Assembly (NCBI GenBank): GCA_021405315.1 | Contig: QWIH01000009.1 | Span: 7,059 to 71,058 of the forward strand | Direction of reading: 5' to 3' | Length of the DNA stretch: 64,000 bases | DNA from: Leptolyngbya sp. PLA1 | Lineage (GTDB): Bacteria > Planctomycetota > Phycisphaerae > Phycisphaerales > UBA1924 | Shown: one piece after another, positions 8,755 to 18,668 of the stretch | How positions within the stretch are numbered: position 1 is the stretch's first letter | Layout of the letters: each line of letters begins with the position of its first letter | The notes under the pieces: generated by a model | Seen by the model: the letters and a program-made list of their open reading frames with translations, nothing else | The model's database searches: none | What the model was told of the DNA's origin: nothing | Translations under genes and position numbers: made by a program

Positions 8755-9796
8755 GCGGGATGCCCTCGGTGCGGTATTTCTCGACGAGGAGCTGGAGCTC
8801 GATCAGGACCTTGTCGAGGCGTTCGGCGGCGCTGCGGACGGAGTTATAGAGGTCGGGGTTCTGCATGAGCTGCCCGACGGTGCCGGGGCCGGTGGTCGCC
8901 TGCTCGAGGGCGGTGGTGAGGGCACCGGCTGCGTCCTGGGCGGTGGTGAGCATGGCGACGGCCTGGGCTGCGACCTCTCGGACGCTGCCCGTTGTCTCGT
9001 CGGCGACTTCCTGGACGCGGGTGAGCGCGCCGTCGGCCTTTTCGGCGGTGGCGGTCCAGCGTTTGGCGAGCTCGGAGACATCGGCGAGGGCGGTGTCGGC
9101 CCGGGCGACGAGGTCGTTGGCGCGGGTGCGGAGCTGTTCGTCACCGAGCCACTTGTCGGCGCCGGCGAGGGCCTTGTCGAGGCGTGCGAGGGTGCTACGG
9201 ACGTTGGGGTCCTTGCCGTGCTCGACGTCCTCGGGCGTGCGTGGTTCGAGCATCTCGTTGAGGCGTTCGCCCACGCGGGTGTAGGTGGCGGCCATCTTCT
9301 CGATCTCGTCTGCGGTGGCGGTGAGGCGCTGGAGGGGCTTTTCGAGCGTGCTGGTGATGCGCTCGATCATGGTGAGGGGCGACCCGCCGTCGAAGACCTC
9401 ATCGGGCTGGATGACGGCGGCGAGAGAGGCGGGGTCGGCGGCGGGGTCGAGGACGAAGTCGAGGCTGGCGTCGCCGACAAAGCCCTTGTCGATGCTGACG
9501 GTGGCGGCGCGGGGGATGTGGATGGAGCGTTTGACTTCGACGAGGAGTTCGACGCCGACGCCGGGCGGGGTGCGGACCTTGGCGGACTTGATCTGGCCGA
9601 CCTTGACGCCGTTGAGGCGGACTGGGGAGGTTTCGCCGAGGCCGGCGGAGTTGCCGAGGACGACGGTGAAGCGGTAGTTGCGTTCGAGGATGTTGGCGGT
9701 CTCGCCGAAGAGCATGAGCGTGGCGGCGAGGCCGACGAGCGCGGCGAGTGCGAAGAGGCCGGTGAGGAACTCTCTGAACAGGTTGGTGTCTCTCAT
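8744..9796 (-). CDS. mlaD: MlaD/MCE-family lipid transport substrate-binding protein
   Basis: N-terminal TM, then SAGLGETSPVRLNGVKVGQI MCE motif, long helical C-terminus, GTVGQLMQNPDLY. Confidence 0.88.
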   Translation of the reverse strand: MRDTNLFREFLTGLFALAALVGLAATLMLFGETANILERNYRFTVVLGNSAGLGETSPVRLNGVKVGQIKSAKVRTPPGVGVELLVEVKRSIHIPRAATVSIDKGFVGDASLDFVLDPAADPASLAAVIQPDEVFDGGSPLTMIERITSTLEKPLQRLTATADEIEKMAATYTRVGERLNEMLEPRTPEDVEHGKDPNVRSTLARLDKALAGADKWLGDEQLRTRANDLVARADTALADVSELAKRWTATAEKADGALTRVQEVADETTGSVREVAAQAVAMLTTAQDAAGALTTALEQATTGPGTVGQLMQNPDLYNSVRSAAERLDKVLIELQLLVEKYRTEGIPLKL

Positions 9797-10644
9797 GGCC
9801 GATCCGGTGAGTCTGGGTCCTGGGGTGATTCGTCGGAGCCGCGGTCTTCGTCGCGGTCGTAGACGCCCCTGAGGAAGTGTTGGACGCGTGGGTCTGTGCA
9901 GGCGCGGAGGGTGGCGAAGGAGCCCTGAGCGGCGACGCGGCCCTGGAGGAGCATGACGGCGGTGTCGGCGACTCGCTCGGCGCTGGTGAGGTCGTGGGTG
10001 ACGACGATGTTGGTGACGCCGAGGGTGCGGCGGAGCTTGAGGATGAGGCCGTCGATGCCGGCGGCGCGGATGGGATCGAGGCCGGTGGTGGGCTCGTCGT
10101 AGAGGACGACGCGCGGGCGGAGGACGATGGCGCGGGCGAGGGCAACGCGTTTGCGCTGGCCTCCGGAGAGCTGAGCGGGGAGTCGCTGCTCGAAACCGAG
10201 CATGTCGACGACTTCAAGGGCCTCGGCGATGCGGCGATCACGCTGGGCGGCGGTGAGGGAGGTGTGCTCCCGGAGGGGGAACTCGACGTTCTCGGCGACG
10301 GTCATGGAGTCGAAGAGGGCGCTCATCTGGAAGAGGAGGCCGATGTCCTGGCGGATGGGTCCCCAACGGCGTTCGGAGAGGCGGTCGACGCGGAGGCCGT
10401 CGTAGTAGACGGCGCCGGCGTCGGGCCTGAGGAGCCCGATGATGTGCTTGAGCATGACGGACTTGCCGCAGCCGGAGGGGCCCATGATGACGGTGGTCTT
10501 GGCCTCTTCGAAGGAGAGCGTGACGCCGTCGAGAACGACCTGAGACCCGAAGCGTTTTTCGAGGGCTTCAAGACGGATGATGGGGCTCGCGGCGAGCGCG
10601 GCGGGCCTGGACGGGTTCCGTGCTGTGTCGACCCCACTGGTCAC
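9793..10644 (-). CDS. mlaF: MlaF/Mkl-family ABC transporter ATP-binding protein
   Basis: Walker A GPSGCGKS, signature LSGGQRKRVALARA, YDEPTTGLDP, IVVTHD; overlaps mlaD start. Confidence 0.9.
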   Translation of the reverse strand: MTSGVDTARNPSRPAALAASPIIRLEALEKRFGSQVVLDGVTLSFEEAKTTVIMGPSGCGKSVMLKHIIGLLRPDAGAVYYDGLRVDRLSERRWGPIRQDIGLLFQMSALFDSMTVAENVEFPLREHTSLTAAQRDRRIAEALEVVDMLGFEQRLPAQLSGGQRKRVALARAIVLRPRVVLYDEPTTGLDPIRAAGIDGLILKLRRTLGVTNIVVTHDLTSAERVADTAVMLLQGRVAAQGSFATLRACTDPRVQHFLRGVYDRDEDRGSDESPQDPDSPDRP

Positions 10645-10664
10645 GCGGCGGCTGCTCCGATTGG

Positions 10665-10670
10665 TACGAT
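10665..10670 (+). promoter_or_regulatory. -10-like hexamer TACGAT 6 nt before NUDIX ATG 10677
   Basis: TANNNT, no SD. Confidence 0.5.
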
Positions 10671-10676
10671 CCTGGC

Positions 10677-11231
10677 ATGTTAGGCGATACGAACTTGCCT
10701 CCCAGAGTGGCCCGCGAGGTTCTGGTACGCGGCGCGAAGTTTTCGATCGAGCGTGTGAGCGTGCCCGGGGACCCGACGTTTCCGCCGCGGGAGGTGGTGA
10801 GGCACCCGGGCGCGGTGATCGTGCTCCCTCTGGTGGAGGGGTCGGCGGGCTTGGAGGTGGTACTGATCCGGAACTGGCGGATCAGCGTGGAGGCGAGTCT
10901 GTGGGAACTGCCGGCGGGGACGATGGAGCCTCCGGAGCCGCCCCTGGAGTGCGCGAGACGGGAGTTGCAGGAGGAGACGGGATTTCGGGCTGCAACCGTG
11001 GAGCCGATGTTCCGGTTCCACACGTCGCCGGGCCTGTCGGACGAGGTGATGCACGCGTTCGTGGCCCGCGGGCTGGTCGGGGGTGAGAGCGAGCTTCAGG
11101 CGGACGAGCGTGTCACGGCGCACCCGACTCCGGCGTATGAGTGTCTGAGGATGATCGAGGATGGGGTGATGACGGACGCGAAGTCGATGCTGGTGCTTCT
11201 GCGTGCGAAGGCGATGGGGCTGCTCGGGTGA
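10677..11231 (+). CDS. NUDIX hydrolase (ADP-ribose pyrophosphatase-like, 184 aa)
   Basis: Nudix box ELPAGTMEPPEPPLECARRELQEETG; VVRHPGAV. Confidence 0.9.
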   Translation: MLGDTNLPPRVAREVLVRGAKFSIERVSVPGDPTFPPREVVRHPGAVIVLPLVEGSAGLEVVLIRNWRISVEASLWELPAGTMEPPEPPLECARRELQEETGFRAATVEPMFRFHTSPGLSDEVMHAFVARGLVGGESELQADERVTAHPTPAYECLRMIEDGVMTDAKSMLVLLRAKAMGLLG

Positions 11232-11301
11232 TCAAGTGAGACAGACTTTGCCTGACATCCCCGGGCCGACGTCGCACGAGCGTCGCTCGCTGGCTGAGTT
11301 G

Positions 11302-12222
11302 ATGCTGGGCTTGGGTGAAGATCCGGTGGCGTGGTCGTTCCCTCTGGTGAGGCTTGGGGCGACGCGGCTGCGGGTGCACTGGTTCGTGCCCCTGTGGGTG
11401 GGCGCGGAACTGCTGGCGTGGCTCCCGGAGCACGCGCTTGGGTTGGCGCACGTGGTGGCGGTGGTGGGGGCGCTGATGCTACTGGCGGTGATTCGAGAGG
11501 GCGCGAGAGTGGGGGTGGCGCGCTGGCTGGGGTCGGAAGCGGACACGACGGCGGTGTGGCCGCTGGGCGGGCTCACGCCCGTGAGTGTCCTTGGAACGCC
11601 CCGTCCCCTTCTGGCGGACCTGGGAGGGCTGCTGGCCGGGCTGTGCCTGCTCCCCGTGCTGGCGTGGGCGTGCGTGAAGGTGGGGTGCGTGGCGGAGGCG
11701 CTGGCGCCGGACCTGCTGTTGCCCCGCGTGACGGCGGCGACGTTGCGGACGCCGGAGCAGGTCGCGGTCTGGTGGGTGTACTACGCCACCATGCTGCAGA
11801 TCGCCGCGAACCTGGTGCCTGCGGGACCGTTTGATGCGGGTCGGGCGGTGGGTGCGCTGGCGCGCGGGAGGCTGGGCAGCCGCGGGGCGCTGGTGGCGGC
11901 GCGGATCGGGCTTCTGGCGAGTGCCGGGCTGTTTGTGTATGGGTGTGCGGCTGGGGAAACGCGGTTGATCCTTGTGGCGGCGTTCGCGGGCTTTGTGACG
12001 TTCATGGACTTCAGGAGGCAGGAGTTCCTGGCGGCTCCGAGCTTGGTGGCCGAGGCGCCGGCGAGGCCGCCGCCGGTGGTGCACCGACCTTCGGCCGAGT
12101 CGCGTGCTGAGCCGAGCCTGGATGAGGTGCTGGGGAAGATCTCGCGGCTGGGCATGGCGAGCCTGACCCCCGGGGAGCGCGAGGTGCTCGCGCGCGAGAC
12201 CGACCGACGAAGGCGCCCCTAG
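11302..12222 (+). CDS. Site-2 protease (M50)-like membrane protein with degenerate metal site and short C-terminal helical (DUF6576-like) tail
   Basis: WPLGGL and NLVPAGPFDAGR motifs retained; HExxH position reads REGAR; tail LDEVLGKISRLGMASLTPGERE. Confidence 0.65.
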   Translation: MLGLGEDPVAWSFPLVRLGATRLRVHWFVPLWVGAELLAWLPEHALGLAHVVAVVGALMLLAVIREGARVGVARWLGSEADTTAVWPLGGLTPVSVLGTPRPLLADLGGLLAGLCLLPVLAWACVKVGCVAEALAPDLLLPRVTAATLRTPEQVAVWWVYYATMLQIAANLVPAGPFDAGRAVGALARGRLGSRGALVAARIGLLASAGLFVYGCAAGETRLILVAAFAGFVTFMDFRRQEFLAAPSLVAEAPARPPPVVHRPSAESRAEPSLDEVLGKISRLGMASLTPGEREVLARETDRRRRP

Positions 12223-12273
12223 CATCCGCGGCCCCGCGACAGGACGCGGGGAACGCCGAAGCACGAGGGGCCC

Positions 12274-13389
12274 ATGGGCATCTATGACCGCGAGTACGTC
12301 TTCCGCAAGCCGGCACGGATGGGCCGGCCCGGGCTCTTTTCGGTCAACACGTGGATCATCCTGATCAACGCGGCGGTGTTCTTCGGCGGATTCATGTTCA
12401 AGAACCTGAGTGTGCCGGTGTACATCGACACGCGGGTGGCGGACCCGTCGGTGCCGGCGACGGTGAGGCTGGAGCCCGCCGGGCCCTACCTGAGCACGAG
12501 AGGGGCGGGGGTGGGGTCTCCGGCGACGACGCGGGAAGTGCACACCCCGGGGGCCGAGCTGGCCAAGGCCGTGGTCCGCGCGGACACGAAGGAGCCGGTG
12601 AACGGGATTGCCCGGTACAGGGTGGAGTACCCGTTCCACGCGTACGGGCATTTCTCGACGTACACCCTGTTCAAGCTGGAAGTGTGGCGGGCGGTCACGT
12701 TCCAGTTTCTGCACGCGAGCATCACGCACCTGCTGTTCAACATGCTGGGGCTGTATTTCTTCGGCGGGATGGTCGAGCAGTATCTCGGCTCCAAGCGGTA
12801 CCTGGCGTTCTACCTGGTGTGCGGCATCGCGGGGGCGCTGGCGTATCTCCTGTTGAACGTGGCGGGGTACGTGGCGCTGGATTTCTTCGGCACCACGAAG
12901 ATTCCCGGTCTGCTGTACAACGCCTCGACCACGCCCCTGGTGGGTGCCTCGGCGGGGGTCTTCGGGGTGATCCTTGCCTGCGCGTTCATCTCGCCCAACT
13001 CGATCGTGCAGCTCATCTTCCCGCCGATTCCCATGAAGCTGAGGACGATGGCGTTCGTGTACGTGGGGATCGCGGTGCTGACGGTGCTGTTCGGGGGGCA
13101 CAACGCGGGCGGCGAAGCGGCGCACCTGGGCGGGGCGGTCGCGGGCTTCTTCCTCATCCGCAGGCCTCACCTGCTGCGGGATTTCTTCGACGTGTTCACG
13201 GACTCGCGGAAGAAGAGCCCGGAGCGGCCGCCGGAGGTGCGGGCGACGGCGGCTCGCCCCCCCGTGCGTGATGAAGAGGTGGACCGCATCCTGGCGAAGG
13301 TATCGGCGGAGGGGCTCCACAGCCTGACGGCGGCGGAGCGGGAGTCGCTCCGGCGGGCGTCGGAGTCCAGGCGGGCGTCCGGTTCGTGA
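12274..13389 (+). CDS. Rhomboid intramembrane serine protease with DUF6576-like tail
   Basis: WR motif, FLHASITHLLFNM, GASAG catalytic Ser, AHLGG catalytic His; tail EVDRILAKVSAEGLHSLTAAERE. Confidence 0.9.
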   Translation: MGIYDREYVFRKPARMGRPGLFSVNTWIILINAAVFFGGFMFKNLSVPVYIDTRVADPSVPATVRLEPAGPYLSTRGAGVGSPATTREVHTPGAELAKAVVRADTKEPVNGIARYRVEYPFHAYGHFSTYTLFKLEVWRAVTFQFLHASITHLLFNMLGLYFFGGMVEQYLGSKRYLAFYLVCGIAGALAYLLLNVAGYVALDFFGTTKIPGLLYNASTTPLVGASAGVFGVILACAFISPNSIVQLIFPPIPMKLRTMAFVYVGIAVLTVLFGGHNAGGEAAHLGGAVAGFFLIRRPHLLRDFFDVFTDSRKKSPERPPEVRATAARPPVRDEEVDRILAKVSAEGLHSLTAAERESLRRASESRRASGS

Positions 13390-14606
13390 GCGCGATCTCC
13401 TTCCAGATCACGGCGAGGTCCGCCAGTTCCGGGGCGAGGGTCGGGAGGGTGGCGACGCCTCACGGCTGGTTCGACACGCCGGCGTTCATGCCCGTGGGGA
13501 CGCGCGGGTCGGTGAAGGGCATCCACCCGAGCGACGTTGCGGCGACGGGAGCACAGATTCTCCTGAACAACACGTACCACCTGCTGCTGAGGCCGGGTCC
13601 GGAGCTGATCAGCCGCCTGGGGGGCGTGCATCGGTTCATGAACTGGGATGGACCGATCCTGACGGATTCGGGCGGGTACCAGGCGTTCTCGCTGGCGGAC
13701 GCGAACTCGGTGGACGACGACGGGGTGACGTTCAAGAGCCATGTGGACGGGGCGAGCGTTCGACTGACGCCGGAGCGGGCGATCGAGGTGCAGAACCTGC
13801 TGGGCCCGGACATCATCATGGCGTTTGATGATTGCCCGCCGCCGATTGCGGAGGATGATCCCGGGGCACCGGTGGACCCGAGGCGTACGGCGGCGGCGAG
13901 GCGTGACTCGAGGCGGGGCGTGTACGACCACGGGGCGCGGCTGGATGTCGCCAACGAGCGGACGATCCGATGGCTGGAGCGGTGCGTGAGGGCGCATCGG
14001 AGGCCTGACGAGCAGGCGTTGTTCGGGATCGTTCAGGGCGGGGCGGACCTGGGGCGGCGGGAGTGGTGTGCCGCGAGGGTGTGCGGGTTGGATCTTCCCG
14101 GGTATGCGATCGGGGGTGTGGCGGTGGGGGAGCCGCCGGAGGAGATCGCGCGGATCGTGCGGCACACGGCGCCGCTGTTGCCGGGGGACCGCCCGCGATA
14201 CTTGATGGGGGTCGGGTACGAGCGGGACCTTCTGGCGGCGGTTCGGGCAGGGGTGGACATGTTCGATTGCGTGCTGCCGACGCGGAACGGGCGGAACGCG
14301 AACGCGTTCACGCGGACGGGGCAGGTGCGGCTGCGGAACCTGAGGTTTGCGGACGATCCGCTGCCGATTGAGCCTGGGTGCGACTGTGCGGCGTGTGATC
14401 CCGGGCGGCACGGATGGAGGGGGCACTTCTCGCGGGCGTACATTCGGCACCTGTTCCAATGCGAGGAGATGCTCGGGCCGATCCTCGTCAGCCTGCATAA
14501 CCTACGCCACTTCCAGCGGTTCATGGCCGAGCTCCGCCAGACGATCACGACGGACGACTGGGAGGGCTTTGTCACCCGCTACCCCGTGGCGGCTCCTGGG
14601 CTCTAG
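13386..14606 (+). CDS. tgt: tRNA-guanine transglycosylase
   Basis: TPAFMPVGT, NTYHL, LTDSGGYQ, GIVQGG, GGVAVGE, DMFDCVLPTRNGRN, Zn site CDCAAC...HN. Confidence 0.96.
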   Translation: MSAISFQITARSASSGARVGRVATPHGWFDTPAFMPVGTRGSVKGIHPSDVAATGAQILLNNTYHLLLRPGPELISRLGGVHRFMNWDGPILTDSGGYQAFSLADANSVDDDGVTFKSHVDGASVRLTPERAIEVQNLLGPDIIMAFDDCPPPIAEDDPGAPVDPRRTAAARRDSRRGVYDHGARLDVANERTIRWLERCVRAHRRPDEQALFGIVQGGADLGRREWCAARVCGLDLPGYAIGGVAVGEPPEEIARIVRHTAPLLPGDRPRYLMGVGYERDLLAAVRAGVDMFDCVLPTRNGRNANAFTRTGQVRLRNLRFADDPLPIEPGCDCAACDPGRHGWRGHFSRAYIRHLFQCEEMLGPILVSLHNLRHFQRFMAELRQTITTDDWEGFVTRYPVAAPGL

Positions 14607-14672
14607 CCCGCCGTGCCTCCCGGGGCGTTCCCGGGGGTTGCCCAAGGTGATTTCTTCTTGAGACTGACACAC

Positions 14673-15125
14673 ATGATGATGAACGAGTACGTCGCGACGA
14701 TCGCGTTCCAGGATGGCGCCGCACCGATTCAGGCCGTGGGGGTTCCGGGGGCGCAGGCCCCGACCGTGACGGGGGCGCCGGGGGCACCCGGAGGAGCACC
14801 GGCGGCGCAGGGCCCCGGGGGGATGGGGGCGATCTTCTGGCTGCTGCCTGCGATGCTGCTGGTGATGGTGCTGCTGCAGGTCACGGGCGCGCGGAAGGAG
14901 AAGAAGCGTCGGGCGGAGATGATGGCGCAGATCAAGAAGGGCGAGAAGGTTCAGACGGCGGGGGGGCTGATCGGCACGATCATGGAAGTCGGGGAGACGG
15001 ACGTGGTGCTTCGGCTCGAGGAGGGCCGGGCGCGGGTGCTGAAGTCGTCGATCGCGCTGGTGACGGGGGCGAAGCCCGCGAACGGCACGGTGGAGGCGAA
15101 GCCGGACGTGAAGGCGACCGTCTGA
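14673..15125 (+). CDS. yajC: Preprotein translocase subunit YajC (150 aa, with G/P/A-rich N-terminal extension)
   Basis: TM helix then KKGEKVQTAGGLIGTI; tgt-yajC-secD synteny. Confidence 0.9.
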   Translation: MMMNEYVATIAFQDGAAPIQAVGVPGAQAPTVTGAPGAPGGAPAAQGPGGMGAIFWLLPAMLLVMVLLQVTGARKEKKRRAEMMAQIKKGEKVQTAGGLIGTIMEVGETDVVLRLEEGRARVLKSSIALVTGAKPANGTVEAKPDVKATV

Positions 15126-15200
15126 GCCCGCCGGAGAACGAGGATCGCCCCGAAACCTGACCAGGCCCCGCCAACCGCCATACGGCCCGCTGCTGCTGCC

Positions 15201-18200
15201 ATGAACTCGATCATCCGCAACTCGATCTTTACCATCGTCGCCACCGCGCTGGCGCTTCTGTGCCTTCTGGTCCCGAAATCACCGATCCGGCTGGGCAAGG
15301 ACCTGCAGGGCGGGGTGAGCCTGGTGTACGGGATCAGCATCGAATCCGGCGAGAACGCGGACGAGGTGATCCCGAAGGTGATCGACGTGCTGAAGCAGCG
15401 CGTGGACCCGAACGGGCTGACCGAGATCTCGATCGTGCGTCAGGGACGGGATCGCATCGAGATCACGATGCCCCTTCCGAACGACAAGGTGAAGCGGCTG
15501 AAGCAGGAGTTCGAGTCGCAACTGGCGAACCTGACACAGACGCAGCTCACGGGCTCTCGCGTGGATCAGGCGCTGGCGCTCGCGGCGGCGGAGCGAGAGG
15601 CGGCGCTGTCGGCGATGGCGGGGGGCCCGGGGCCGAGGCTCGAGGCGCTGAAGTCGCTGGCGTCGGCGTACGACCTGATGAGGCAGAAGCAGGAGGCGAT
15701 CCGGGCGGCGCAGGATCCCGCGGCCCGCGAGGCGCTGGCGCCGGAGGTGGCGCAGGCCGAGATCGCGTTCGAGACGGCCCGCTCGGCGGCGCTCACACGG
15801 ACGGTGGCGGCGGAGGACATCCGGCGCGTGGTGCTGGCGTCGACGCGGACAAGGACGATCCGCGATGGCAAGGAGGTCATCACGCTCGACAGCCCGCGCC
15901 AGGTGGCTGAGAGGGCGCTGTACCAACAGTTCCCGGAATCCAAGGAGGCGATCGACCGCGCGCTGGCGGCGTGGGCGGCGTACTCGGAGGAGCGGGGCGG
16001 TCTTGACGACCCGCAGGACCTGATCCGGATGCTGAAGGGCGCGGGCGTGCTGTCGTTCCGGATCACGGTGGACCCCGGGGCGCACCCGCAGGAGCAGCGG
16101 CTCCGGGCGGAGGTCGCGGAACTGGGGCCGGCGAACGTGAAGGCCTCCGACGCCCGGTGGATGAAGATCAACTCCATCGAGGGGTGGATCAAGACCAAGG
16201 CGGACGCGGACGCGTTCGCGAGCGACCCGGGGTACTCGCGTGTGTTCTTCGGGCGGATGGGCTTCGTGGTGGAGCCCTACGCGGGCGACTACTACATGCT
16301 GTGCTGGGACACGGCGACGGCGCGTCTGACGCAGCACGAGGGCGCGTGGGCGGTGTCGAGGGCGTTCCCGGGTGCGGACAACATCGGTCGTCCGGCGATC
16401 CACTTCAACATGAACGCGCCGGGCTCGGTGAAGCTGGGCAACCTGACCCGGGCGCACGTGAACGACAAGATGGCGGTGCTGCTGGACGACGAGGTGTACA
16501 CGGCGCCGAGGCTCAACTCGGAGATTTCGTCGGGCGGGATCATCGAGGGCGACTTCGACCCCTCGGAGATCCAGTACATCGTGCGGGTGCTGGGCGCGGG
16601 CTCCCTGCAGGGCAAGCTGACGCCGGAGCCCATCAGCATCAACTCGGTGGGCCCGGACCTGGGCGCCGACAACCTCGACAAGGGCCTGCTCTGCGGGATC
16701 TACTCGATCATCATCGTCGCGGCGTTCATGATCCTGTACTACTTCGGGTGCGGGGCGGCGGCGGTGTTCGCGCTGGCCGTCAACTCGGTGCTGATCATGG
16801 GCGCGATGGCGCTCTCCAAGGCGGCGTTCACGATGCCGGGCATCGCGGGTGTGATCCTGACGTTCGGCATGGCGGTGGACTCGAACGTGCTGATCTACGA
16901 GCGCATGCGTGAGGAGCTGTCGCGTGGCGCGGACCTGCGGACGGCGGTGAGGCTGGGCTTTGACCGGGCGCTGGCGTCGATCGTGGACGGCAACGTGACG
17001 AACCTGATCGTGTGCGTGGTGCTGTACCAGTTCGGCACGCCGGAGATCAGGGGCTTTGCGATCACGATGGGCATCGGCGTGGTGTCGACGCTCTTCGCGG
17101 CGCTGATCGTGACGCGGCTGCCCCTGGACCTGGCGGTGGCGATGGGATTCAAGAGTGCGCCGATGCTGCCCAGCGTCATCCCCGGGCTGCAGCGGATGCT
17201 GACCCCGACGGTCGGATGGATCAGGTTGCGGTGGATCTTCATCGGCATCTCGGCGGTGTATGTCGGGCTCGGGCTGTTCGCGGTGTTCTACCAGGGTCCG
17301 AAGATGCTGGACACGGAGTTCGTGGGCGGCACGGCGGTCACGCTGGAGTTCAAGGCGGGCGCCGACGGGCAGCGGCTGACGCTCACGCGAGAGGACGTGC
17401 AGAAGCGGGTGCAGAAGGTCGCCGAGGCGGCGCCGGAGGGGACGGAGCTTCGGAACCTCTCCAACGCGGACGTCATCCCGATCAACCCTGCGGACGACGG
17501 GGTGACATCGGGGCGGTTCACGCTGAAGGTTCGGACCAAGAACCTGACGGGGCCTGAGGTTCTGGAGGCGGTGATTCCAGCGTTCCAGGACCTGCTGCCC
17601 GACAACCCGAGGCTGACGTTCAAGGGCGACGATGAGACGCAGAGGCAGACGGTGCCGGCGTATCCGATCGACAGGCCCGTGCTGGGGCCGAACATCGATC
17701 GTCCGGAGTGGCGGGAGGACGTGCGGAAGTTCCTGGGAGGGGTTGCGATCGTGGCGGAGGGGATCACGCCGCCGCAGTCGCTGGAGGCCCTGCAGGCGCG
17801 GTGGCAGGCGGAGCGGCAGTCCTCCACGTTCGCGGACACGCTCGGGCGCACGACGGGCGTGGTGATTCTGGACGGGACGGAGTCGGAGGTGAAGTCGGCG
17901 GTGTTCCTGGTGAAGGATGACCAGGCGACGTTCTTCGACAATGAGGGGCGGTGGGATGCGCAGGTCCGCTCGAGGGAGTGGTCGCTGCTGCACGATGCGC
18001 TGACGCGGGCACGGCTGCCGGCGAGCGTGCAGTCGTTCAGCCCGTCGATCGCGAGCACGTTCCAGCGGGACGCGCTCCTGGCGACGGTGGTGAGCTTCAT
18101 CTTCATCGGCATCTACATCTGGATCCGGTTCAAGACGCCGCGGTACTCGATCGCGGCGATCGTGGCGCTGGTGCACGACGTGCTGACGGTTCTGGGGCTG

Positions 18201-18644
18201 CTTGCGCTGGCGGAGATTCTGTGCGAGCACCCGGCGACGCGGGACTTTGCGTACTCGATCGGGCTGCTGCCGTTCAAGATCGACCTGAACACGGTGGCGG
18301 CGCTGCTGACGATCGCGGGGTATTCGCTGAACGACACGGTGGTGGTGATGGACCGGATCCGCGAGAATCGGGGCAAGCTGCCGGCGGCGACGGCGCGGAT
18401 CATCGACGACTCGGTGAACCAGACGTTCAGCCGCACGATCATCACGGGCGGGACGACGATGCTCTCGTGCCTGATTCTGTACACCTACGGCGGCGAGGGG
18501 ATGCGGGCGTTCGCGTTCTGCCTGCTGACGGGGCTGATCGTGGGAACGTACTCGTCGGTGGCGGTGGCGGCGCCGATCGTGTGGTCTCGGAAGTTCGACC
18601 GGGAGTTGGCCGGGATGGGCGGGATCGTGGCCCGGCCCGCGTGA
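15201..18644 (+). CDS. secDF: Fused protein translocase subunit SecDF (1147 aa)
   Basis: LGKDLQGG, MAVLLDD, GMAVDSNVLIYERMREE (SecD); EFVGG, GYSLNDTVVVMDRIREN, SRTIIT (SecF). Confidence 0.96.
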   Translation: MNSIIRNSIFTIVATALALLCLLVPKSPIRLGKDLQGGVSLVYGISIESGENADEVIPKVIDVLKQRVDPNGLTEISIVRQGRDRIEITMPLPNDKVKRLKQEFESQLANLTQTQLTGSRVDQALALAAAEREAALSAMAGGPGPRLEALKSLASAYDLMRQKQEAIRAAQDPAAREALAPEVAQAEIAFETARSAALTRTVAAEDIRRVVLASTRTRTIRDGKEVITLDSPRQVAERALYQQFPESKEAIDRALAAWAAYSEERGGLDDPQDLIRMLKGAGVLSFRITVDPGAHPQEQRLRAEVAELGPANVKASDARWMKINSIEGWIKTKADADAFASDPGYSRVFFGRMGFVVEPYAGDYYMLCWDTATARLTQHEGAWAVSRAFPGADNIGRPAIHFNMNAPGSVKLGNLTRAHVNDKMAVLLDDEVYTAPRLNSEISSGGIIEGDFDPSEIQYIVRVLGAGSLQGKLTPEPISINSVGPDLGADNLDKGLLCGIYSIIIVAAFMILYYFGCGAAAVFALAVNSVLIMGAMALSKAAFTMPGIAGVILTFGMAVDSNVLIYERMREELSRGADLRTAVRLGFDRALASIVDGNVTNLIVCVVLYQFGTPEIRGFAITMGIGVVSTLFAALIVTRLPLDLAVAMGFKSAPMLPSVIPGLQRMLTPTVGWIRLRWIFIGISAVYVGLGLFAVFYQGPKMLDTEFVGGTAVTLEFKAGADGQRLTLTREDVQKRVQKVAEAAPEGTELRNLSNADVIPINPADDGVTSGRFTLKVRTKNLTGPEVLEAVIPAFQDLLPDNPRLTFKGDDETQRQTVPAYPIDRPVLGPNIDRPEWREDVRKFLGGVAIVAEGITPPQSLEALQARWQAERQSSTFADTLGRTTGVVILDGTESEVKSAVFLVKDDQATFFDNEGRWDAQVRSREWSLLHDALTRARLPASVQSFSPSIASTFQRDALLATVVSFIFIGIYIWIRFKTPRYSIAAIVALVHDVLTVLGLLALAEILCEHPATRDFAYSIGLLPFKIDLNTVAALLTIAGYSLNDTVVVMDRIRENRGKLPAATARIIDDSVNQTFSRTIITGGTTMLSCLILYTYGGEGMRAFAFCLLTGLIVGTYSSVAVAAPIVWSRKFDRELAGMGGIVARPA

Positions 18645-18668
18645 TGTCTGAAAGGTCACGGAGGCGCG

